DNA of 64,000 nt from Octopus sinensis. Its lineage: Eukaryota. The first letter of the stretch is position 1, and every line of letters starts with the position of its first letter. The translations under genes were made by a program, and so were the position numbers. The stretch spans positions 76,074,001 through 76,138,000 of the forward strand of contig NC_043004.1 of assembly GCF_006345805.1 (NCBI RefSeq), written 5' to 3'. Below, one piece after another: positions 52,894 through 64,000 of this stretch. Below the pieces are notes generated by a model. That model did not search any database. It saw nothing but the letters and a program-made list of their open reading frames with translations, and was not told the origin of the DNA.

Positions 52894-53283
52894 TATTATT
52901 AGGAATTATATAAAAAAAAATGGTGAAATGTTTTGTGTTTTGTGGAAGTATAACCAATTTTACTGCAGATAAATTTTAATGATGAAATTTTATGTGGTCC
53001 CCCAAGTGCCATATGAACCCAAGAACCCTTGGAGATGGGTGAAAAGCAAAGTTAACACAAGGATTTGAACTAAGAATGTAAACCACACAACAAAATAACA
53101 CAAGCCTTGTCACAGTCACTCGACGAATTCTACCAATCTTCTTAATCATATAAAATATATAAACCCATAAACAGACTGGAAATGTCAACAAAATGGTACT
53201 TAACACATTTCCAAAGTCTTTAAAAATGTTTTGGTTCCTTTAGTCATTGCTAATATAGACACAAATTGGCATTTTATTCTTAC

Positions 53284-53450
53284 CGAAGAATATTATTATT
53301 ATCTTTAGCAGTCTTTTAAAATGACTAACAGAATATAAAGTTTCTTCATTCTTGATAGTATCTTTAATATATTTCCCAAATATTCCGACCTGGATGACAA
53401 CGAGAGGTAAAGGCAGAAAGCAGAAAGGGCTATAAAGTCAGACCCAGCTC
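53284..53450 (-). other. Candidate non-coding 5' exon of the LamG gene
   Basis: Strong donor TTCG|GTAAGA at 53284/53283 in non-repetitive sequence upstream of the ATG exon. The 5' boundary is a guess. Confidence 0.2.
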
Positions 53451-54117
53451 TGAGATAAGTATGGGGCGAGGCTGTTAAAATAGCACCACAGAGTAGATAA
53501 ATATTATAAGATGGATTGATAGTTCAGCTGTGTGAGAGGGTGTATGTATTTAGTAAATGGTTCTAGCATGAGTATTTGTGCCAGGCGTCCTGTTTTCTAA
53601 AGAGACATGTTATATGTGTCACACACACACACATATACGTATTCATTTATTCCTTTACATGTTTCAGTCATTTGACTGTGGCAATGCTGGAGCACCGCCT
53701 TTAGTCAAACAAATTGATCCCAGGACTTTTTCTTTGTAAGCCTTGTACTTATTCTATCAGTCTCTTTTCCCAAACTGCTAAGTTACAGGGATGTAAACAC
53801 ACCAATATATATATACGACGGGCTTCTTTCAGTTTCCTTCTACTAAAATCCACTCACAAGGCTTTGGTCAGCTGATGGATATAGCAGAAGACACTTGCCC
53901 AAGGTGCCACGCAGTGGGACTGAATCTGGAACCATGTGGTTCACAAGCAAGTTTCTTACCACATAGCCACACCTGCACCTAAACATACACACTTCCCAGC
54001 ATGTCACGGGTGTGGAGCTTTAGTATGTAGGTGTGTAAATGTACTCACATGCTAACAAAGATATATTAAAGCCTAGGTTAACGTAGGTGACAGCACCGTA
54101 CCTTATACACTTGTTAA

Positions 54118-54810
54118 GGCAGAGTGCGGGCAGAATCATTAGCACACCGGGCGAAATGCTTAACAATATTTCAAATTCTGCCAAGGTCAACTTTACCTTT
54201 CATCATTTTGAGGTCAATAAATTAAGCACTAGTTGCATACTGGGGTCGATCTAATTGACTGGCCCCTTCCTCAAAAATTTTGGGCATTGTGCTTAGAGTA
54301 GAAAAGAATTATCTAATTCTATTTATGGCGGCAAACTGGCAGAAACGTTAGCACGCCGGGCAAAATGCTTAGGGGTGTTTGAGGTTGACTTTGCCTTTCC
54401 TCCTTCCAGGGTTGATAAATTAAGCCCCAGTTGTGTACTGGGGTCAATCTAATTGACTGGACCCCTCCCTCAAAATTTCAGACCTTTTGCCTAGAGTAGA
54501 AAAGGATTGTTAGCACACCAGGTAAAATGCTCAGCTGCATTTCATTCATCTTTATGTTCTGAGTTCAAATCCTGCCAAAGTGAAATCTACTTTTCACCCT
54601 TTCCAGGTCAATAAAATAACAGTTGAGCCCTAGGGTCAAGGTAATCACCCCCCCCCTAAAATTGCTGGCCTGGTGCCAAATTTGAAAGCATTATTATTAT
54701 AATTATTCTTTGGGGGTCAATAAACTAAGTACCAGTTGAGCACTGGGGACGATGAAATAGACTTACTCCCATCCCTGAAATTGCTGGCCTTGTGCCAAAA
54801 TTTGAACTGT
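54118..54810 (+). mobile_element. Head-to-tail cluster of about four family-B SINE copies or fragments
   Basis: The block ...ttcatc...ggtcaataaa.taagtaccagttg...ctggggtc...aaattgctggccttgtgcc recurs four times. Confidence 0.7.
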
Positions 54811-55031
54811 CTAACCCATGCCGGCATGAAGAGCAGACATTAAAATGTTAACGACGATGATGACGATGATGATGATGATAACTGTACACATGCATTCTCA
54901 GCCTAAGAGTCAGCTAAAAGTAATGAATGCTGAGCAAAAGAAACACACCACATTATATATACATGTATATATAGACTACATTTATATAGACTGCCACTCA
55001 CATGAATACACATGCATATATAAGTATATAT

Positions 55032-55062
<31 letters not shown>

Positions 55063-55495
55063 TATAAGTATATATATGAGGAAAATGTACACATTTTACA
55101 TATTTTAATATAATTTTTAATAAAACGTGTGCATTTCCTTCTTTAATTTCTTATATATATTACAACTCACCATGTGGGGATGATCGAAATTCCTTCCTAT
55201 ATATATATATATACTTACATGTATACACACATAAATACATACACACTTAGAAACGCATATATATGCTTAAATACATAGATGCCTGTAAATACACATACAC
55301 ACAGCAATTCTTCTTCTTGTCATCATCACCACCACCACCACCACCACCACCGCCAAAATTTTAAACCAATATTTCAATATTTTATCGTGCCTTGAGAATT
55401 GTACCAATAATCTTCATTTTGTTTTTGTATTTGGTTTTGCAAGATTCTTGATGTGAACTTTATTGTGTTGAAACATCTTCTGTTGAATCTCAGGA

Positions 55496-55846
55496 GGGTC
55501 ATAATGCCAATAACAAATACACACACTAATTCTGTTTCACTTCTTATTCATTTGCCACTTGGTTAATTATTTAATCACTTAACTGATTGTTTGATTAATC
55601 TTTCAATGAATCAATCTGTTTCAGAATTGGAGCAGATAGGGCAAATTACAGTTGGGGTTGCAAATGACATCATGAAAAGTAATGAAAGGACTTTGTCAAC
55701 CTTGATTAATTGATTAATGGAGTGATAAACCAAACAATCAATTTGTTAATTGATTGAATGGATAACTAAATGAGAAATAGGAAAAATAAAGAAGTGAGCT
55801 AGAATCAGTGTGTGTGTGAGTGTGTTTATTATTGGCATAATGACCC
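55496..55846. repeat. Degenerate ~350-bp fold-back (arms about 125-140 bp)
   Basis: Termini GGGTCATAATGCCAATAACAAA versus GGGTCATTATGCCAATAATAAA (reverse complement) match at 20/22. The inner arms align more loosely. Confidence 0.75.
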
Positions 55847-56896
55847 ATCCCAAGATAGAACAAACTTCTTTGTTTCTCTCTGAAGTCAATAAAAAACCTC
55901 CAGATTTTAAAGATAAGATGTCAAATATTTGACCTTGTGTGACCTGTTTCTTAATTACACTCCTGTGATAGACCTTATCAACTTCGTGTGTGTGTGTAAT
56001 TTATGTTGAGCAAATGAAAAGACAAGTTAATGTTTGTGATTTTTTCTAACAAGCTGTTACTATCCATTTCTGTGCTGGAGTTCCTAAGTTTCTTTGTTTA
56101 CGCAGAGATCGTTGGAAAAAGTATTTGTATTGGCAAATACATTTCATAACAGTAACCAGTTAAGAACCTCACAACAGTAGCTACATTACCCTTTGCTTCA
56201 CAACACCTAACACAATGGACATCACAACTCTTCTACTTGTGACCTTGTACTCACTCTAGTCTAGCATTTCACAGTAGATAGTTTAACTTTAAGCTTAGAG
56301 AGGTAAATGAAAATTGTGTAACTCTTACGTTAGAAGAGTGAAATAAGAAAAAAAAAAATACTGAGAGAAAAGAAAAAGAATGAAAGAATTAGAGGTGGAA
56401 GGAAGGTTGTGCAACATATGTGATGTGTGTGTAAGACTGTCGGTTATTTTGAAATGTTGTTGAAACAAGGAGTGGGAAAAAAACTTCTCTCTCTCTCTCC
56501 AACTGCATTGCTTTCTTTTATGACTACCTTACCATCATCACATATGGAGGTTACATGTGTGCGTGTAATATATACATATATATATATGTGTATATATATA
56601 TATATATGTACATATGTATATATAAATGTGTGTGTATATATATATATATATGTGTGTGTATATATATATATGTGCATATATGTGCACATATATATGTATA
56701 TATATACACACACATACATATATATATATATATTATATTTAGATATTTATATTTACATATTTATATGTATGTGTATATTTATATGTAGGTATATATATGC
56801 ATATATATGTATGTATATATGCATGTATTTATATATATATGTGTGTGTGTGTATACATACATATCTATGTATATATTTATGTATATATATGTATGT

Positions 56897-56968
<72 letters not shown>

Positions 56969-57375
56969 CACGTTTATATGCATGTATGTATAAATATTCA
57001 TATATGTATATACATATGTGTGTGTATGTGTGTGTGAATAGATGTAACACATTACAAGTTTCAAGCAGCTACTTAATCCAGAAAGTAGCTTGCAAAGCAC
57101 ACTTGCGACTTTATTTACACAGTTGCCTCGTATTCAACCCAGGAGATTGGTGCAGCAGTGATGATGAGGATGATGATGATAATAAAGAACTGTGCTGTAG
57201 TCCTCCTTCCTACCGAAATGGAACTGAGGTAGCAGATGCCACAGCCACCTACATACGAAAAGAGATATCGGCAAGAAGGAATTTTGTGCAGTTCTTCTTT
57301 ACCACTGGCACAAATCTACCATCGTTTTTAAACAACAACAACAACAATATCAATAATAATAATAATAATAATGAT

Positions 57376-57411
<36 letters not shown>

Positions 57412-57639
57412 AATAATAGTAATCCTTTCTGCTAAAGGCACAAGGCCTGAAACTTCAAGGGACGGAGTAAGTAATTACATCGATTCCGGTGTTTCACTGG
57501 TGTTTGATGTATCGACCCCCAAAAGGACGAAAGGTAAAGTTGACCTCGGCAGAATTTGAACTCAGAACGATGTAATGACATGAAATGCAGCTAGGCATTT
57601 TGCCCAGCATGCTAATGATTCAACTAGCTCGCTGCTTTC

Positions 57640-57675
<36 letters not shown>

Positions 57676-57747
57676 GCACAATAACTATAACAAGAACAAA
57701 CGACTGCATCTGCAACTACTACCTTTAAATATATATATACATATATA

Positions 57748-57802
<55 letters not shown>

Positions 57803-58409
57803 TTACACACACACACACATATATATATATTTACATATACATATATATATACATATATATACATACATATATATATATATATATACAGATATATATATGT
57901 ATACATACATATTTTTCCTTTCATCTACTTTCAGCTCACAAGCTGTGGCCATGCTGGGGCACTGCCATTCGGTGTTGCTACATGATTTTACTTCACGAAT
58001 GCTGATATATACATATCCATATATATATATATATATACAAACACACAGACACACACACACATATATATATACAGATAGATATAGATGTCACTATCATTAT
58101 AATTCTGAATTTATTTGGAATGTTCACCTGTAAGATGACATGAAAGCAAGTCACATGACCTCTGAGAATAAAAAAAAAATCACAAGGTGAAATTTGTAGC
58201 AGTTGCAAGGGAAGGAGGAGGGGGAGGAAAGGAGAGGGAGAGAGAAAGAGGGGGAGGGGTGCTTGCTGTGAGTTCACTGCTCGAACTGTTTTGTTTGTTT
58301 GCTTGGTAGGTTGGCTTAAAATTTTTATTCTATAATATCCCCGACAGCAAAATAGGTACCATAAGAAGGTACAAATGGTTACGGCAAGTAGCAAAAGATA
58401 CAAAGGAAC

Positions 58410-58682
58410 CAGGGCTGTGGAGTCTAAACAAAAACCTTTGACTCGTCTACTACTAGCACCGCCAATTCCAATTCTGACTCCTCTTTAAGTAATTAAGTGA
58501 TTGTGGTCTACATATCTCATTATGCATATGCTTGTACTTTGAGTAGGCCTGTATCTTATAATTGGTTTATATTAAAGAATAAAGATATTGCGAGTCGGAA
58601 TCAGAGTCGATATAGTTTTACTGACTCCGAGTCCAGCTACCTCTTAATTGTTTCTGACTCCGACTCCAACCCTATGGCCCAG
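58410..58682. mobile_element. hAT-like MITE with GACTCC/GGAGTC subterminal repeats
   Basis: AAAGGAAC at 58402-58409 and 58683-58690 (putative TSD); left end CAGGGCTGTGGAGTC; right TIR degraded. Confidence 0.55.
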
Positions 58683-60685
58683 AAAGGAACTACATAAGTG
58701 ATAAGTGTATCAATATCTTGAAGAGCTGATCCTAAATCTTGTCATGGATATGAAGAATACAATAATTGCAAAAAGAAAAAAAGAAAAAAAAAGAGAAAAC
58801 AAAAAAAAAAAGGAAAGATATGGCATAGCAGCTGTGTGGTTAAGAAGCTTGTTTCCCAATCATATGGTCTTGGGTTCAGTCCCACTGTGTGGTACCTTTG
58901 GCAAGTGTCTTTTATTATAAGCCAGACAGAAACTGAAACAAGACTGTTGTGAATATATATATATACACGCACATATATATATATATATATATATATGAAT
59001 AAAAGCCTCTTTTGGACTCTTTATTCGAACTCTTTTGCCAAACCACTAAGTTACGGGGAATGTAGACACACCACCATCAGTTGTCAAGCAATGGTGGGAG
59101 GACAACCACAGACACACGAACATACACACAAACACACACACACACGACGGGCTTCTTTCAGTTTCTGTCTACCAAATCCAGTCACAAGGCTTTGGTTGGC
59201 CCAAGGCTATAGTAGAAGACACTTGCCCAGGATGCTACGCAGTGGGACTGAACTAAGAACCATGTGGTTGGTAAGGAAACTACTTACACACACACATATA
59301 TACAGTATATATACTCTATATATCTGTATATACATACACATATGTGAGTACATATATATATATACACACACATGTGCATACTGTTATCTTGGAGAATGTG
59401 TGACAGCTGTAAATGAATATTCTTGTCATACAAGCAAAATACAAAGTGTTTTGGCCAGTTCTTTTAGTGGTTCTGCTAATTCCCTGTCCTGAGTTAGAGT
59501 ATTTTTATTGACCACTGAAAAGATAAAAAGGCAAAGATGACCTCAGCAGGATTTGAACTCAGATTATGAGCATGAGAGCAAGTTGATGCCAGTGCTGGCT
59601 GACTGGCTTCCATGCCAGTGGCACATAAAAAGCACCATTCAAGTATGGTTGATGCCAGTACTGCCTGACTGGCTCCTGTGTCGGTGTAAAAAGCAACCAC
59701 TACATTCTCAAAGTGGTTGGTGTTAAGGAAGGGCATCCAGCTGTAGAAACTCTGCCAAATCAAGACTAGAGCCTGGTGTAGCCTTCTGGTTTACCAGCCC
59801 TCAGTCAAACCGTCCAACCCATGCCAGTATGGAAAACGGACGTTAAATGATGATGATGGTGATGATGATGATGATGATGGTCTCTGACATTCCACTAATT
59901 CATCCAATTCACTGTGTGTGTGATATTGCTTTCAAATTTTGGCACAAGGCCAGCAATTTCGAGGGAAGGGGTAAGTCAATTACATCGACCTCAGTGCTCA
60001 ACTGGTACTTATGTTAGCGACCCCAAAAAAGAAGAGAGACAAAGTTGACCTTGGTGGAATCAGAACTCAGGACGTAAAGACAGACAAAATGCTAGCGAGC
60101 TTTAGCCTGATGTGCTTCCAATTCTACTAGCTCGCTGCCAGCTGTGTGTGTGTGTGATATTATGATGAAAATATATAGATTCATGATAACAGTTGATCAT
60201 TTGAGGTGACTTGGAGACACAAGTACAGAATACAAATTACCAAATTCTAATCTCTTAACAATAATTTGACATTTTTATTGGGGATTCTTATTTACTTAAA
60301 ACAAAATTTAAAAAAAAAGCCCAAAATAGTTAGTTATTGGTATGTTCTCTCTCTGGTTACTATTTTAGATACAGAATTCTTTCTATTAGAGAGGCCATTC
60401 TTCTGTGAGAGAAATGAAAGAAACCTGATAAATTATCTTATCTAGCCAATGTTTGAAATGTTATATGAAGCAAAATCAACATTAAAAATGGTAGGAATTC
60501 TTCAGATATCTTCCAAGTAATACACAACTTGCTTGTATAAACAACACCAGACAATACAATATCTATCTGTACACTATGTCGCTCCAAAATCAAATTACTA
60601 TACTACAACTTGTTTTGGTGGTGGTGGTGGTGGAAGATGGTCAGGACATAAGGACTTCTGATGTATTTAGTGATTCAAGGAATAG

Positions 60686-61232
60686 ACATCAGAATCATCA
60701 TCATCATCGTTATTATCGTCATCATCATCAGCGTTATTATTGTCATCATCATCGTTATTATCATCATCATCATCATCATCGATATTATCGTCATCATCAT
60801 CATCATCGTTATTATCGTCATCATCATCATTGTTATTATTGGCATCATCATCATTATTATTATTGTCATCATCATCATCGTTATTATCGTCATCATCATC
60901 ATCATCATCGTTATTATCGTCATCATCATCATCATTGTTATTATCGTCATCATCATCATCATCGTTATTATCGTCATCATCATCATCATCGTTATTATCG
61001 TCATCATCATCATCATCGTTATTATCGTCATCATCATCATCATCGTTATTATCGTCATCATCATCATTGTTATTATTGGCATCATCATCATTATTATTAT
61101 TGTCATCATCATCATCGTTATTATCATCATCATCATCATCATCGTTATTATCGTCATCATCATCATCGTTATTATCGTCATCATCATCATCGTTATTATC
61201 ATCATCGTTATTATCGTCATCATCATCATCAT
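60686..61232 (+). repeat. Compound (CAT)n-CGTTATTATCGT higher-order repeat at a SINE tail
   Basis: Units of about 24-30 bp. A variant block (tgttattattggcatc...attattattattgtc) occurs twice, at about 60830 and 61067. It runs straight into a minus-strand SINE 3' end at about 61232. Confidence 0.9.
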
Positions 61233-61870
61233 TTAATGTCCACTTTTCCAATCATGCCTGAGTCAGACATAATTTGTTGAGGCAGATTTTCTATGGCTGG
61301 ATGCCCTTCCTGTTGACAACCCTCACCTATTTCCAAGCAAGGTAATGATTTCCCCATGGCTGGAAGACTGGAAACGATTAATGTGCCTCTTTGTAATGAT
61401 AGTGATGTCCACTTACAACCATCATGTGAAGCCAAGACACAGTTACACACACACACACATGTGTTATGTTGCTCTCCGATCACTTTGACATCTGAAACAT
61501 GGTAGACTTGTGCACCTGTATAGGCAATGTGGACTTGATGGAGTGGGCAAGTTAATGTACAGCACATACATTTGATCAATACAGACAAATCATCTGTGTG
61601 GTTGTTCAGCAAGAAATTACAGAACCCCCATTCATCATCTAACAATGGGAGAGTCCATAATGACACACTCCTACAAATGGGCTTCTTTTCAGTTTCCATC
61701 AACTAATTTTACTCACAAGGCTTTAATCAGCCTAATCTACAGTATGAGACACTTGCCCAAGGTGTGCTACACTGAAGAACTGCACCTGAGACCACATGAT
61801 TGGGAAGAAAGCTTTTTAACCACACACCCATGCCTGTCCCAATACACACACATACACACACACACACACA

Positions 61871-61958
<88 letters not shown>

Positions 61959-63162
61959 CAAAAATGGGACAAGAACGCAAAACATCCAGACAGGTGAAAC
62001 AAAAAAGGGACAACAAAATATCCAGACAAACAATACAAGGAAAACAAAGATGGATCATTCGGAGTTTTCTCTCCTCAGTCGAGTTCCAGATTATCTTTGC
62101 AATTTTGGTAAGTTATATCTGCGATTGCTCCAATCTGGCCAGCCCTAAGGTAAAAATAAACTAAGAGCATTATATATATATATATATATATAATATGAAA
62201 ATCCTGTTACACTCTCCAGATTCACAGGATGCTTATGAACTCACTTATGCCACATTCTGTGAATTCATTGTCATGTCATAAGCTATCTCTTTTGGGTTTT
62301 TTTTCACAATGAACTCTATGCCAGCATTTAAACATTCTATCTTATTTACTCATGCATAAGTCACCTTATTTAATACTTGATTGTAAATGAAAAACAAAAA
62401 CAAACTGGGGTGTGACTTGTATATGGGGCAAAGCAAAAACTATGAAAGGAAAACATTTCACACTCAATTAGGGATGTGGCTTATAAACATAAATAAACAT
62501 GCTATACAAAAAGGCTCAGGCCCACCCGTATTTGATAATATTCAAGTATATATATATATATACCTGCGTCTATATATATGTGTGTATATACATATACATA
62601 TATATATATAAATAAAAATGGAATAAAAACGCAATAGAGGGCATTAAAATGTTCGGACAGATAGACAATACAAAGACAGACAAGAGAAGCAACAATTAGA
62701 AGGACAGGCAAAAAAGACGGATCATTCTTGGCTTTCTTTCATCAGTCAAATCTCAGAAGTCACGACCATTTCGGACAGTTACACTTGAGATGCTTTGATC
62801 TGGTTGCTCCCAAAAGAGTCTAAGCTAAGAGCATTAGACCCCTTTGTAAGAAAGCTAGCGAATTTGTACAGCAACAAAGACAAAAAAAACAAATAAAAAA
62901 AAATAAAAATGGAGAACATGGTAAACAATTACGAATACAAAGAAGAAATAACAACAGGCATCTTTCGACTGAGGACAATTCAAATTGAGTTGGCATTTTG
63001 AAGTGAAAGCCTAAAGGCAGGAACTTGATAGATTATGCAACCATCTAAGGGATAGTTGTATCCATAGCCACACCTGGTCTATTACCTCTCTATGTATAGT
63101 CCTAGCTCTAAGGTATACACTAGTAGGTAATTTAAAGGTAAAACTGTGGTTTAATATATATA

Positions 63163-63197
<35 letters not shown>

Positions 63198-63275
63198 ACC
63201 CATGTATGTATATATGTAAGTATGTATATATCTCCAACAATAGAGAGCAGTTGCCATATTCCCTTCCATATCGGC

Positions 63276-63358
63276 TATCTCTGATGAGCATTAAGTTGTA
63301 TAATCATATTGTTACGTAACACTCCATTGTATTCTTTACGTGAAACCAATTGGTAAGA
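63276..63358 (+). ncRNA. Type I hammerhead ribozyme motif (Penelope-LTR type) with palindromic stem III and a large loop II
   Basis: CTGATGA 63281-63287; stem II GCATTAAG/CTTTACGT (partly decayed); GAAA 63342-63345; ACCAATTGGT palindrome; GTA cleavage triplet ending at 63355; stem I TCT/AGA. Confidence 0.7.
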
Positions 63359-63386
63359 CCAATGTGTGTGTGTGTGTGTGTATGTA

Positions 63387-63420
<34 letters not shown>

Positions 63421-63481
63421 ATATATATATATTATATTATATTATTTATTATTTAATTGAATGTGACAAATCCATTTCCAA

Positions 63482-63545
<64 letters not shown>

Positions 63546-64000
63546 CTTGGTGACCTCACCAGTGCTGGTGCCATGTAAAAAGCACCAGGTACACTCTGTA
63601 AAGTGGTTTGCATTAGGAAGGGCATTCAGCTGTAGAAACCATGCCAAAGTTAACAATAGAGCTGGAAATAGTTCTGTGGGTTGCCAGCTCCTGTCAAACT
63701 GTCCAACCCAGGCCAGCTTGGAAAGTAGAAATGATGCCTTACCAATCTATTGCATCAATGAGTAACTTGAACACATCTATAACATCTCAAGTAAATTCTT
63801 ATGTAACTCATACCTCAGACAACACATTGTGTGTATTTAAAAGAATGCATTTGCAGCAGTGGCTATGTGGTAAGTAGCTTGCTTACCAACTACACGGTTC
63901 TGGGTTCAGACCCACTGTGTGGCACCTTGGGCAAGTGTCTTCTACTATAGCCTTGGGCAGACCAAAGCCATGTGAGTGGATTTGGAAGACGGAAACTGAA

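Noticed and set aside
57040-57340. Protein-like stretch between microsatellites (…GDWCSSDDEDDDD…)
   Set aside because: The frame starts and ends in repeats, the acidic run is a (GAT)n tract, and there is no splice support.
60661-61261. Poly-Asp/Asn, poly-Ile, poly-Met and poly-Ser ORFs
   Set aside because: Alternative frames of the (CAT)n compound repeat.
61965-62850. Two LTR-like repeats with CTGAGGA/CTGATGA...GAA on the minus strand
   Set aside because: I could not build stems I-III or a GAAA-N-UH junction, so these are not called hammerheads. They are probably dispersed repeats.
62960-63030. CTGAGGA...GAAA on the plus strand
   Set aside because: No valid A15.1-U16.1/H17 junction or stem I.

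Overview
AT-rich eukaryotic genomic DNA that is dense in microsatellites and SINEs. The repeat landscape looks like an Octopus genome (inference). The one well-supported gene is on the minus strand. It has five coding exons (47295-47080, 40503-40054, 37073-36444, 34900-34250, 25869-25252), all with canonical AG/GT sites and phase 1-1 boundaries. They splice in frame into about 855 aa made of four tandem LamG/pentraxin-like (concanavalin A fold) domains of the ADGRD1/GPR133 N-terminal type. A candidate signal-peptide exon lies at about 50.1 kb and a candidate 5' UTR exon at about 53.3 kb. I found no further exon between 25.2 kb and position 1. The rest of the window is transposon-derived: tRNA-derived SINEs, CR1/L2, RTE, Tx1-like L1 and Penelope-like fragments, Helitron-like elements, and hAT, Tigger and piggyBac-like MITEs. 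Five hammerhead-ribozyme motifs and several long fold-backs were found by eye. Repeat boundaries are approximate (about +/-10 nt). Splice sites and ribozyme cores were indexed base by base. No database searches were run.
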